From an uncultured Bacteroidales bacterium (lineage in GTDB: Bacteria; Bacteroidota; Bacteroidia; Bacteroidales; WCHB1-69): a DNA stretch of 64,000 nt. The position numbers and the translations under genes are program-made. Of this stretch, positions 50,992 to 60,801 are shown piece after piece (positions within the stretch are counted from its first letter, which is position 1; every line of letters starts with the position of its first letter). The notes below the pieces were generated by a model. The model was not told the DNA's origin and did no database searches. It saw nothing but the letters and a program-made list of their open reading frames with translations. The stretch covers positions 739-64,738 of the forward strand of contig CALAVA010000042.1 of NCBI GenBank assembly GCA_937892025.1, read 5' to 3'.

Positions 50992-52224
50992 TTATACTCG
51001 CTGATAAACTAACGCACCGCTTGACGTAACTGGATTTCCACTTCTGTCATAAACCACTTCGTATGCCCCACGTAGATAGACCTCTGCTCCCACTATGGTT
51101 GAAGGCATCTGTCCGTTGGTCTTGACATTGATAAGGTCTGACGATTCCAAAAACATCTCTGTCCCCCATCCTATGACATCTGCCTGCGGAGAATTGTTGC
51201 TAAGAATGGATGTTCTGTATTTAGTCCACTTGAACAGAAGATTACTGCCTACAATGCTATCGTTAAGCGTTTTTCCATCCGCATTAACAATCTGGCGGAA
51301 TCTTTTGCCATTGCTTGCAAGGTTTACCGCCGAACCATCATTAGTGTATGTGATGGAATCAAGCGATGGCACATCCCAAGACATTGTGAGGTAACGCTTT
51401 GACGGATAAAGAGGAGTGGATGCACTGCTGCTTGCCTTGCACCTGCAAATGATGTTTATTTTCTCTGTGTACAGAGCATCCACCACAAGCGTGCTCGTGC
51501 CCTGTCCGCTCACATAACAAGGAAACACAGGAACAGATACACCGCTAATTGTCGTTGTCTCATCTATCAGCGTTTCTGTCGTATGAGTGTCATCCGTTGC
51601 ATACCAAAGGAAATATACGTCATTGGTCTTATCTGCATTTTCCACCATCGCCTTTGCAACAAACGTCTTTTGCGAAGAGGCTGTACCCAATGGATTATAA
51701 GGTGTGTTTTTTTCAGCCAATACCGTTATAAAGGGCATATTGACTGTTGCATCTTGATTTGTTGTCAACTTCACGGATGCCGTCAACCTTATGGTGTCAT
51801 TGGTGCTACGTGGGTCAACATAATCAACCACACATCGAATCTCAACACCTGTATTGGTCGCCACGTTCTTTCTAACCACAAGTGTAGTTCCTGATTTGTA
51901 GTAATCATCCGTGTTGGTTGTGGATGTAATTTCCGTCTCGGCATACACGCCCGTAGATTCATTCAACACATAAGTGTACCAATGTATTGTTGTGTATGAC
52001 GTGATGGTGTACTTCCTTCCGCTGTCGGGGTCGTAAGCCTGAACAATAGGGGTAAGCACAAGTGGTGTGCTTTGACGGTTAGGGCTGAACTGTGAACCAG
52101 CAGCCGCACTCACATCATACCATTGTTCCAAGGTGTCTGATGCTACAAGGTCAAAAAAGTCCGTTAGTGGTGTAAGTGTGGTGTCCACCACCATCGGCTG
52201 AGATATGTTTAGTCTTGTTCCCAT
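50992..52224 (-). CDS. tail fibre / baseplate-associated protein (410 aa)
   Basis: Thr/Ser-rich ORF in the tail array; positional. Confidence 0.45.
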   Translation of the reverse strand: MGTRLNISQPMVVDTTLTPLTDFFDLVASDTLEQWYDVSAAAGSQFSPNRQSTPLVLTPIVQAYDPDSGRKYTITSYTTIHWYTYVLNESTGVYAETEITSTTNTDDYYKSGTTLVVRKNVATNTGVEIRCVVDYVDPRSTNDTIRLTASVKLTTNQDATVNMPFITVLAEKNTPYNPLGTASSQKTFVAKAMVENADKTNDVYFLWYATDDTHTTETLIDETTTISGVSVPVFPCYVSGQGTSTLVVDALYTEKINIICRCKASSSASTPLYPSKRYLTMSWDVPSLDSITYTNDGSAVNLASNGKRFRQIVNADGKTLNDSIVGSNLLFKWTKYRTSILSNNSPQADVIGWGTEMFLESSDLINVKTNGQMPSTIVGAEVYLRGAYEVVYDRSGNPVTSSGALVYQRV

Positions 52225-52226
52225 AT

Positions 52227-55200
52227 TTATACAATTACTTGGTTATCAACTATTCTTGTTGTTCTTCCGTCATTCACCACAACTGTACAGGTAAACACAG
52301 TTTTCCATCCTCGCGTCCACCCTACTGGCATATCATCATTGGTAAGTGAAAGCACCCTTGTGGTTGTATGGTTTGAGTCCCATACAGCATCGGCTGCTGT
52401 TGCCGCTTGCCCATTTTGCGAGATTCTTGTCCAAGACCAATAGGAATCAGAAATGTCGCTTGTTATATCCACATTCCCGATGTATAGGTGAGGTGTAACC
52501 GTGGTCTGTACATCGCCCACACGAAACTTGTCGCCATTGCTTGATACAAACTCAATCGTGTAGTTCTCGTTCCCATCCACCAAACGCCAATACAGAGAGT
52601 TCCATGCAGGTTCGTGATAGGTGCTCACTCCACCCACGACAACAGGTTGGCTAATCAGACATACCCATGTGCCAGATTTGTGACGGACGGTGTGCGTTTC
52701 AAACTGCTGTGATTTTACATTCCAAGACGTGTTGTAATATATACCGTGCTTGGGTGCAGGCAGGTTTACCGTATCGCCATATTCATCAGTCCATGTTCCG
52801 CTTGCAGTATTGCCATCCACCCAATCACCGCAATGCACAGTAACAGGAACGGGAGCACCCTTTATATCCACCTTAATCAAGTCTGAATAAATCAGACCTT
52901 GTGCATAGAGATAATCCCTGTCCGCCAAATGAGGATGCTCTCTCAGCAATCTTTCCCAACTGCCCCATTGACGGATAAAGTCGGGGATATTGCCAAGAAC
53001 CGTGCCAAAGTTCCCTTCTTCAAGAATCGGAGATGAAACGGAATTGAGTTTCATCAGACGACCTTCAGAGGTGGAGATGTAGAAGAAAGACTGGCGTTGC
53101 TTGATGGATGCAAGTTCAGATGCATTTTCAGTTTCATAGTTCAGACATCCCCAACGCCCCACCACCATGTCAATGCAGGGTGCAAAGTTCTTGTCTTGTG
53201 CTATTTCATTGTCTGGGAACAAAGCCACACGTACCTGATTCAGTCCAAGGGTGTTGTCGGTGTTTCTGTCAGCAACAACATACATCCACGATGTGAAATA
53301 CTTGTTGTTGCCAGCGTCATACTGCTGCTCCTCCCACTCCGCTGATTCTGGGTCAACCACGGGCAAACGACCTTCCCTTTCGGCAACGTAATTAGCAGCA
53401 AGGGTGTTGATGATTCCCTTTAAGATGTTTCCGTAACGCTGTGCTGTAAAGTACCCCTCCCATTTTTCCTTGAATGTAAGGATGTAAGTGGAATCATCTC
53501 CTTCCGTAATGTCTTCAATTTGGTCGTTGTCGGTGAATATGGTATCACCCTCTTGTGCTTGCAGTCGATTGATGCGTAGTTCATCAACCTCCAAGTAATC
53601 ACGAACTTTAAGCGATGCCACCTCCAAATTGCCATATTCGTCAATATTCCACCCTGCAAATCCTGCATTGTACAGCGTTGACCTCAAAACTTGGTTGTGC
53701 TCAACTCCGTCACCCGTAGGCTTTCCGAAGAACACATCTCCCTGTAAACGGGATGTCCCACTTACGGTTTGGTTTCCTCCTACACTTTCATTCCCATTTA
53801 CGGAAGAATTGCCATGTATGGTAGCATTTCTATCAACTTCAAGTTCCCCTACACCTATCTTGTAAGGCGTACTGTCATTCTTTACCTTTGAAAGTTTTTT
53901 CTCCAGTTCAGACCAAATGTTTCTGTTGTAAGTCTGACGAAGAACGGCAACCAAAGAACCTAACTTTTCAACACTATCAGCAACCTGTCCTAACTGGTTA
54001 AGTACAATTTCAATGTTATCAGTAAGCGTAATGTCATATTGCGGCAAAACACCTTCACCATACTTGATAGTAAGTTGCTTGACAAACAACGACAAAGGCT
54101 CAGCATTGCCACCAAAACCAAATCGTATAACCGTATTGGGGCGTATCTGTTCAAGAATATCCGTGTGGTTGTAAAGGAATGCCTCATCAAACTTCAATGG
54201 ATAGTCGTAATAGTACACGTTGTTCTCCAGCATGTACGACTTCATTTCATCGTCCAGCCTTTGTTCCGCATTGGTGATATACTCTTGTGGAAGAGATATG
54301 CCCAATACAACAAACTCATTACCGTTGCTGGGGTATTGATACCTGTTAGGCATCAACGTGCCGAAAGTGTTAGTGTCTTTCTGTACGACAATATTGATGC
54401 TTCCCAAGTTTGACTTTGGGTATTTTGTCAAATCACGCTGTTCACCATTAGGCAAGAAATTTCCATCAGAATCATAGAAATTACTTTTGTAGTCCTCCCA
54501 ATCTACATATACCGTAAACGTGCATCCAAGACAAGCACCACTACGCATGTTCACCTGCATTTCCTCTGTAATTGCCGCACAAGCGTACAAGTCAAAAGAA
54601 AGTGTTGGCAATGTTAATTGGAAATAGGATTGAACATAATTGCCATCATCATCTATGCTGTCATCCCATCCACTTGCAGGAGTAAGGTCGTCATTTAGCG
54701 GTGTTGCACCTAAAATCGTCACATTGCTTTGCCCATCATCCATCTCTGGCTTGATGTCAAATTCGTGGCTTTCGTATGATGGTGCAAGCAGGTTTATTTC
54801 ATTTACGTACTGCCAATCCTGTGTAGAAACTGCATCGTAGTAGTCAACAAGTTCAATGTCGGGGTTATAGTTCGGATTTGTACTCCCATCTGAAAGATAA
54901 GGGCTAACCTTGTTGAACACGCTTTCGCTATAAACGGATGGCATCAAGTGTGTTCTTGTGAACGGGTGCTTGATAAGTTTTACGACTGCGCCGCCTACAA
55001 TCCCATCATAAATGGGATAAGAATTAGGGTCGGCAGAATTGCTATTTATTGTGTATTTCCAATTAGGATTGCCGTACCACCTTATTTGCGGATAGCCATA
55101 CGGGATGTTGTTCTCGCTTCCATATCCTGCAATTCGGGTGATTATCTTGTTGTTTCGTGGTGTTCGGGAATTGTTCTTCAAGCCTACATCTTTACCAAAC

Positions 55201-55892
55201 TGAAAGACAAAGTTTTCGTTGTTTACAACAATCTCGTTGGATGGTAAACCAAATTCAACCTTGAATCGTTTGCCATTGGAATAATATTGCTCTCCGCTCT
55301 TTATCTGCGAAACAACGTATGGCAAACCCCACGTTTCATATCCCGTCTTTAAGGAATCAGCAATGGTGTTATTGTCAAAGGAAAGAACTTCGCTTAACTC
55401 ATCATCTTTCTCCTCTGGGAAAGAGCCAGACTTTACAACAATCCATTCCGTTCCCTCCAAGTTCTTGTTAATCTTGTCAATGTAGTCTTGTGGCTTACCA
55501 ATCCAGTTGAATGTCTTGTTTTCAGACAGATACCGTTTTTCATCATCACTTACGGCTACATCGCTAAATGGCAGGTTGGCAAGAATGTACATGGGATGGT
55601 AGAACTCAAAAGAGTATTTTGTCATACCTTTTAAGTCCGAATTGTCGCTTACCAATCCCTCACGCACAATGGTAGGTGGATTTACAAGGGTGTACTTGAC
55701 ATCGTTGTATTCCACATATTCCTGCATCGTGCATTCCAGATGGTTGTTCTTGTAGTACGCATCACCCGTAATCTTGTCGCCAAGTGACATGACCACACTA
55801 TCCACGGTTGCCTTGCGTAGCACAAGCCCGTGGAAAGAAGAATCATCTGCATTCTTAATCGGGAATGATATGTTTCTGCCTAATGTCGCCAT
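52227..55892 (-). CDS. large tail / baseplate (host-specificity) protein, 1221 aa
   Basis: Largest ORF in the window; central ..VDRNATIHGNSSVNGNESVGGNQTVSGTSRLQGDVFFG.. fibre-like repeat; positional. Confidence 0.55.
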   Translation of the reverse strand: MATLGRNISFPIKNADDSSFHGLVLRKATVDSVVMSLGDKITGDAYYKNNHLECTMQEYVEYNDVKYTLVNPPTIVREGLVSDNSDLKGMTKYSFEFYHPMYILANLPFSDVAVSDDEKRYLSENKTFNWIGKPQDYIDKINKNLEGTEWIVVKSGSFPEEKDDELSEVLSFDNNTIADSLKTGYETWGLPYVVSQIKSGEQYYSNGKRFKVEFGLPSNEIVVNNENFVFQFGKDVGLKNNSRTPRNNKIITRIAGYGSENNIPYGYPQIRWYGNPNWKYTINSNSADPNSYPIYDGIVGGAVVKLIKHPFTRTHLMPSVYSESVFNKVSPYLSDGSTNPNYNPDIELVDYYDAVSTQDWQYVNEINLLAPSYESHEFDIKPEMDDGQSNVTILGATPLNDDLTPASGWDDSIDDDGNYVQSYFQLTLPTLSFDLYACAAITEEMQVNMRSGACLGCTFTVYVDWEDYKSNFYDSDGNFLPNGEQRDLTKYPKSNLGSINIVVQKDTNTFGTLMPNRYQYPSNGNEFVVLGISLPQEYITNAEQRLDDEMKSYMLENNVYYYDYPLKFDEAFLYNHTDILEQIRPNTVIRFGFGGNAEPLSLFVKQLTIKYGEGVLPQYDITLTDNIEIVLNQLGQVADSVEKLGSLVAVLRQTYNRNIWSELEKKLSKVKNDSTPYKIGVGELEVDRNATIHGNSSVNGNESVGGNQTVSGTSRLQGDVFFGKPTGDGVEHNQVLRSTLYNAGFAGWNIDEYGNLEVASLKVRDYLEVDELRINRLQAQEGDTIFTDNDQIEDITEGDDSTYILTFKEKWEGYFTAQRYGNILKGIINTLAANYVAEREGRLPVVDPESAEWEEQQYDAGNNKYFTSWMYVVADRNTDNTLGLNQVRVALFPDNEIAQDKNFAPCIDMVVGRWGCLNYETENASELASIKQRQSFFYISTSEGRLMKLNSVSSPILEEGNFGTVLGNIPDFIRQWGSWERLLREHPHLADRDYLYAQGLIYSDLIKVDIKGAPVPVTVHCGDWVDGNTASGTWTDEYGDTVNLPAPKHGIYYNTSWNVKSQQFETHTVRHKSGTWVCLISQPVVVGGVSTYHEPAWNSLYWRLVDGNENYTIEFVSSNGDKFRVGDVQTTVTPHLYIGNVDITSDISDSYWSWTRISQNGQAATAADAVWDSNHTTTRVLSLTNDDMPVGWTRGWKTVFTCTVVVNDGRTTRIVDNQVIV

Positions 55893-56266
55893 CTATATAG
55901 TTTTACAAATGCAAAGATAATAATAATAATCCAACTAACCAAAGAATAATAACACCAATTTGGAATTACTTTCTTTTCTTGTGTCACTTTCTCCTTTAAG
56001 ATATGTACAGAATCTCTATAACAAGTGTCAATTCGTTCTACAACCCTGTCCTTATATTGTATTTTCTGCACATACTTTGTGTTATATACGGTGTCACCAA
56101 TTTGGTAGATGGTATGAAACACGCTGTCATGTACGTTGTTGATTAACGTGTCATGCTGTATCTTTGTCTCATACTTGATTACCTCCCTATCCACATATTC
56201 AACTTTTGTCTTGGTGGCACAAGAAAGCAATGTTAAAACTAATATGAGCGGCAACATTTTCTTCAT
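55880..56266 (-). CDS. unimolecular-spanin-like protein (N-terminal lipoprotein signal + C-terminal TM)
   Basis: MKKMLPLILVLTLLSCATK lipobox and C-terminal WCYYSLVSWIIIIIFAFVKLY; adjacent to the endolysin and holin. Confidence 0.45.
   Translation of the reverse strand: MKKMLPLILVLTLLSCATKTKVEYVDREVIKYETKIQHDTLINNVHDSVFHTIYQIGDTVYNTKYVQKIQYKDRVVERIDTCYRDSVHILKEKVTQEKKVIPNWCYYSLVSWIIIIIFAFVKLYRWRH
55912..55919 (-). promoter_or_regulatory. Bacteroidetes-type -7 promoter motif TATCTTTG (minus strand), inside the upstream gene
   Basis: Reverse complement of caaagata, about 20 nt upstream of ATG 55892. Confidence 0.35.
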
Positions 56267-56481
56267 AGCACCAACCTTAACAAAATAACATTTACAATGT
56301 AGCCGACTGCACCAATTAGGGAATATCTGTAAATATCATCCTTTTCAACATCAAATTTGTAGTTGTCAGATTGATACACCTCCCTTATCATCCAGAATGC
56401 GATAGCAATGCCACCGAACAATGCGGATGATATGAAACAAAGTATGCTTCCAATAATATTCCTCTTGTCTTTTGTTTCCAT
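56263..56481 (-). CDS. holin-like small membrane protein (72 aa, 2 TM)
   Basis: IIGSILCFISSALFGGIAIAFWMI and SLIGAVGYIVNVILLRLVL; next to the endolysin. Confidence 0.5.
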   Translation of the reverse strand: METKDKRNIIGSILCFISSALFGGIAIAFWMIREVYQSDNYKFDVEKDDIYRYSLIGAVGYIVNVILLRLVL

Positions 56482-56482
56482 A

Positions 56483-56929
56483 TTACTTCACTATTGTGTA
56501 TATTGTTTTCCCATTTTTCTTTGTGGCTGCCAACACCTGCTTTCTTTTCTTGTATCTGCTGAAAGACACATGCACCCAGTCATAATTATACTCATTGATT
56601 AGTTGGTCATAGGGGAGATTCATTTGCCTTATGAGGTCAAAAATAACCTTGTTCTCTTTCGGGTCATCGCTCACGCTTCTTATGTCTGCCGCCTCGCCTT
56701 TTGTGTGTTGCGAGTTGGCTGCACCCCCTACCGCCTTGTTTAACTTTACAGAACGATAACCGGATGTGACGATAATCGGTTTTCCGTATGCTTCACGAAG
56801 TGGGTCAAGTACATTCTCAACCAAAGCCACAAGTGCATTTGTAATGTCTTGTGTCGGCTTATTGTCTATGCCTTTTCGTTTTGCTGTCGCCGATGCCGTA
56901 AGTTCCTTAATTGTAAAGTATTTCATCAT
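56483..56929 (-). CDS. endolysin, peptidase M15 (VanY / L-Ala-D-Glu peptidase-like)
   Basis: SGYRSVKLNKAVGGAANSQHTKGEAADI is the Peptidase_M15 zinc-binding signature. Confidence 0.75.
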   Translation of the reverse strand: MMKYFTIKELTASATAKRKGIDNKPTQDITNALVALVENVLDPLREAYGKPIIVTSGYRSVKLNKAVGGAANSQHTKGEAADIRSVSDDPKENKVIFDLIRQMNLPYDQLINEYNYDWVHVSFSRYKKRKQVLAATKKNGKTIYTIVK

Positions 56930-57300
56930 TCTTTCTTCCCTCTCTTTTCGCTTAAAGATTCTATCTGTCGCCCTTGCCTTGCAATATCCCGTCTAAGGTC
57001 GGTTATCTGCTTTTCAAGTTCAATGATTTTATCTCGAAGCATATTGTTTTCTTCTCGCAATTTTTCGTTTTCTTTTCTAAGCAAATCCCTGTCATTGCGG
57101 ATGTATTCACAACTTTCTTTCAAGTCTGAAATCGTCTGCTGGTACACATCCTGCATGGCTTTCCACCCCTCGGCTTCCTTTTGCGTGGCTTCTCCATTTG
57201 CCCCACGTTTGTATGCCTTGTAAGTCACAAACCAACCACCACCTGCAACAAGTGTTATGATGGGTAAGACTATCTCCAATATGATTTCTGTTACTGTCAT
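56926..57300 (-). CDS. membrane-anchored coiled-coil protein (lysis-associated?)
   Basis: N-terminal TM segment ILEIVLPIITLVAGGGWFVTY followed by a Glu/Arg/Lys coiled coil. Confidence 0.45.
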   Translation of the reverse strand: MTVTEIILEIVLPIITLVAGGGWFVTYKAYKRGANGEATQKEAEGWKAMQDVYQQTISDLKESCEYIRNDRDLLRKENEKLREENNMLRDKIIELEKQITDLRRDIARQGRQIESLSEKRGKKE

Positions 57301-57304
57301 TGTC

Positions 57305-58831
57305 TTATGAATTTACTTGTGCTGGTTCAACTTCTATTTTATCTTCGTTGTCACGGATGATGTCATTACGATTAGTGGCGATGCTATTAGCCTTGTCCGC
57401 ATTGTCATCAATCGTTTTGTCGTTTCTGCTGATAAGGCTTCCACGCTCCTTAATAATGCGGTCAATTTCATCTGGTGCCGCATCAGGGCATCTTTCAACA
57501 ATGGTCTGCGTGGAAAGATAAGGTGCCTCCATCCCAAGGTTAATCAACTTTGTATTGTTTGTTTCCAATGACCAAGGAATAATCTTTGCTCCAATCTTGA
57601 CTTTTGAGTATTTGTCAGTTACACCATTTTCAAGGTCAAGCCCCTGCTGATGCAGGTACACCATATCATTGACAAAACGATTCCAATCCATTGCAGACTG
57701 GGTTGCCAAAGAATAGTCATTTGACATGGCAAGGGCAATACCGTTACCACCACTATTTGAGGTTGTAATGTCTTTAGGTGTAATGAACGATGTAGAACTA
57801 AAGAGTGAAATCTTTTCCTCCAACGTCTTTAGGTACTTATCCATCGTCTGAGGCTCGGGGAACTCCAACACCTTTGCATCCTGCTTTCCGTTGGTTGTGT
57901 CGCTTGAAAGATTGATGATAAGTGTGCTTGAATCACGCTTGAATGATTCCGTGTCCATATCACCCGTGAACACCAACGCAAACGTGCCAAATCGTTTCAA
58001 TGCGATTGCCTGTATGTTTGCCATCAGTTCCCACATCTCTATGCTGCTTTCCGCATATTCCCAAGCAACCTTACCACGCTTATGCAACAACGGACAACAA
58101 CGAAAACCATGTATTTCTGTCTTTATCTCCCAGCCTTCTTCACCCATTGAGCAATGATAGTGTTTCTGTGCATCATAGGTGTCAATGATGGTCTTGTTTT
58201 CTATCTGATACACCAAAGACCTTGCAATTTCATTTCCGTACTCATCATAGTTAGGCACAATCTGATACCCGTCCTCATACGAATAATTGGTTACGGTATA
58301 TTTGCCAAGTTCCTTGTCATAAGCGAAAAGCACACCGCAATTACCTAATTGCTTGCAGGTGTTGATGGCTTGATACTTGTTCCATTCAAGTCCTCGCCAC
58401 ATCCATTCCTGCTTTATCTCGCTGAACGTCTTTTGCTCTTCTTCTGTTGGCTCGTCATTGCAGATGCTGAACTCAATCGGATTGGCTGTCAAGTTCCTGA
58501 CGTGTGCAGAATGAATCAATTTCTGGAATGATGCCGTTTGGGTTATTTCCGTAAACGGGAGTGGTACACCGTCAATCGTGACCTTAATCTTTGGAATAGA
58601 CTGATTAAGAATGATATGGTGCAGGTCAGGGCGATACTCTGTAATATAAGTGTCTTGCGAAATGGGGTGCAAGGTGAGATTCGCAAACCCTGTTTCCAAT
58701 GTCTGGTTGTTAAGCAAGTCCTCACCCTCATACCCGTGTCCCCCCATCTTTCCTCCACGGGTAAACGGCTTCATCTTGATTAGCCTTGTCGGTTCTTCAA
58801 GAAACCAATTTATGTCATGCTCTCGAATCAT
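57305..58831 (-). CDS. portal protein (508 aa)
   Basis: Size and position immediately downstream of TerL with a 4-nt overlap; no motif confirmed. Confidence 0.5.
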   Translation of the reverse strand: MIREHDINWFLEEPTRLIKMKPFTRGGKMGGHGYEGEDLLNNQTLETGFANLTLHPISQDTYITEYRPDLHHIILNQSIPKIKVTIDGVPLPFTEITQTASFQKLIHSAHVRNLTANPIEFSICNDEPTEEEQKTFSEIKQEWMWRGLEWNKYQAINTCKQLGNCGVLFAYDKELGKYTVTNYSYEDGYQIVPNYDEYGNEIARSLVYQIENKTIIDTYDAQKHYHCSMGEEGWEIKTEIHGFRCCPLLHKRGKVAWEYAESSIEMWELMANIQAIALKRFGTFALVFTGDMDTESFKRDSSTLIINLSSDTTNGKQDAKVLEFPEPQTMDKYLKTLEEKISLFSSTSFITPKDITTSNSGGNGIALAMSNDYSLATQSAMDWNRFVNDMVYLHQQGLDLENGVTDKYSKVKIGAKIIPWSLETNNTKLINLGMEAPYLSTQTIVERCPDAAPDEIDRIIKERGSLISRNDKTIDDNADKANSIATNRNDIIRDNEDKIEVEPAQVNS

Positions 58832-60606
58832 ATAGTGCTTAATATATTAAGTATTCTTGATGAATGGTGTATCTTTCGTCTTGTTATTCTTGTGTCTATC
58901 TCTTGCTCTCCGTTGTTTGTCACGTTCAACATAGCGAACATATCACTCGCTTGCAGTTGCTTTTTCATGTACCCTGCATCCGTTGACAGCAGCCTGTAAC
59001 AATCATAGTATGTACCACCGCAAAGTATATTCACATTGTCAAACAAGTCTGGCGACATTCCTTTTAGCAATGGTTTCTGCTTCTCCTTATCCAGCATTGC
59101 TATACGTCCGTTTGGTGTCTTGTTGAACTGGAATATCACACTTTCAAACTTCATGTGCCTTAATATTGTTGTTGCACCGCTACGTTTCATGTTTTGGTGC
59201 ATATACGGCATATCCGCCAACCGTGGGTCATAGTGTATCAATCCGCTCTGTATCATTTCCATTGCCAAGTGTGCCGATTCGTCTTTCAATGTCTTGTACT
59301 GTGCCTTGCTACGCTTGCTGGGCTGTGATGCACCGGAAAACAATATGGCACGGGGGAAACAATCACGCAAGAAACCAAATCCCTGCACATCAAGTATCAT
59401 GTTCCTTTCGTCCAAGTCGTGCTTGTCCCGAAAAGATGTCATCATCATCACGGCTTCACGGTTGGTGTTCTTCATCGAAAACTTGATGTCCTTGCAGATA
59501 AATCCGTAATGCGAATAAAGTTCCCAATACTTCATTACAAGATTATCAAATCCCGTGGTCGCCATGTCAACGGTCATAAAGCGTTTTACAAGTTCACTGT
59601 TTCGTGGCAGTTCCATAGGGCGGAACATCCTTTCCACATCCGTTGTATGCAACTGCACGTTTGCAAGTTCCTCCGCATTGTCCTCTTCATCCGTAATTGA
59701 ATAGTTCCAATTTGCGTTGTAGGACGAAAGTGCGGTCGAAGAGTTTGCAGCCAGACCACGATAAGACTTATTCTTTGACAGCATTTTTTTGTTGTCACGC
59801 ACGTCAAACGTGTAGAACACCATCGAAAGAATAAAGTCCTCGTATGTCATGTCTGGGTCAACTGCAATCAAAGCATCAATATGTTCCTTGCACTTCTCAT
59901 ACACCTCACGCTTTGTCCTTCCAAAATAGGTCTTATTCAAGTCACCCTCCTGCATATTGAAGTACATCACCACGCCATCCATTGACTTATCGACAGACCC
60001 ATCATCGTTTATCCAACCACCACCATGTTCACCCTTGCCACACAACTGACGTAAAAAGCATTCCCTTTCGGGGTTCTGTGCAAGGAAAATCTGTGCCTTG
60101 CCACTTGAATCAGAACGCAGACGTGGCATGAATGCAGTAATGGTTCTCCAGTCAAACTTGTTGCACTCGTCAAAGATAAGTTTCTTTGCTTGCAGACCTT
60201 TAGCAATCTTATCAATCACAATCGGGCTTTCATTATCCAACTGCTGAAACTTAATCTCGCTGCCGTTGTAAAGTTTCATGCCCATGTCCGTTTGGTTGCG
60301 GATAATTTCACCAATCGGGTCATGTGGCTGCTTCTTTACGGAACGGTCAATAAGTGGGTACATCTTCTTTAACGTGTCATTTACCTTGCCAGCACCCCAG
60401 AAGTCGGACACGTTACGCATAAAGCAGACAATCTTTGCATTGTCATTCATGGCAAGGTATTCAATGGGTGCATAATAAAGGGCATACGATTTACCTCCCC
60501 CCGTGTTGCCCGTAAAGCACACAATATCAGCATTGGAACGAATGGCATACTTTTGGTTGCCATCCTCCAAAGGTGCTAATACTATGTCGTTACGTTTACG
60601 AGCCAT
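58828..60606 (-). CDS. terL: terminase large subunit
   Basis: Walker A FTGNTGGGKSYA, Walker B KLIFDECN, 592 aa, followed by the portal. Confidence 0.75.
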   Translation of the reverse strand: MARKRNDIVLAPLEDGNQKYAIRSNADIVCFTGNTGGGKSYALYYAPIEYLAMNDNAKIVCFMRNVSDFWGAGKVNDTLKKMYPLIDRSVKKQPHDPIGEIIRNQTDMGMKLYNGSEIKFQQLDNESPIVIDKIAKGLQAKKLIFDECNKFDWRTITAFMPRLRSDSSGKAQIFLAQNPERECFLRQLCGKGEHGGGWINDDGSVDKSMDGVVMYFNMQEGDLNKTYFGRTKREVYEKCKEHIDALIAVDPDMTYEDFILSMVFYTFDVRDNKKMLSKNKSYRGLAANSSTALSSYNANWNYSITDEEDNAEELANVQLHTTDVERMFRPMELPRNSELVKRFMTVDMATTGFDNLVMKYWELYSHYGFICKDIKFSMKNTNREAVMMMTSFRDKHDLDERNMILDVQGFGFLRDCFPRAILFSGASQPSKRSKAQYKTLKDESAHLAMEMIQSGLIHYDPRLADMPYMHQNMKRSGATTILRHMKFESVIFQFNKTPNGRIAMLDKEKQKPLLKGMSPDLFDNVNILCGGTYYDCYRLLSTDAGYMKKQLQASDMFAMLNVTNNGEQEIDTRITRRKIHHSSRILNILSTI

Positions 60607-60644
60607 TCTTGCAAAAATGTATGGTGTTTAGAAATTTCTTGCCA

Positions 60645-60652
60645 CAAAGTTA
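60645..60652 (-). promoter_or_regulatory. Bacteroidetes-type -7 promoter motif TAACTTTG (minus strand) for the TerL operon
   Basis: Reverse complement of caaagtta, about 39 nt upstream of ATG 60606. Confidence 0.5.
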
Positions 60653-60750
60653 CGCCTTAAAAATGCGTGTACATATTACATATATTATTTTTCTTTTATG
60701 ATAATAAAACTTTCGGAAAACTTACCATATCAAATTAACTTTTAACACCT

Positions 60751-60758
60751 TACCTTTG
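60751..60758 (+). promoter_or_regulatory. Bacteroidetes-type -7 promoter motif TACCTTTG for the capsid operon
   Basis: Matches TAnnTTTG, about 44 nt upstream of ATG 60802. Confidence 0.5.
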
Positions 60759-60801
60759 TGGCAAGCAAAATTTTATGCACCTAACGTAATAGTAGAAAAC
60801 T

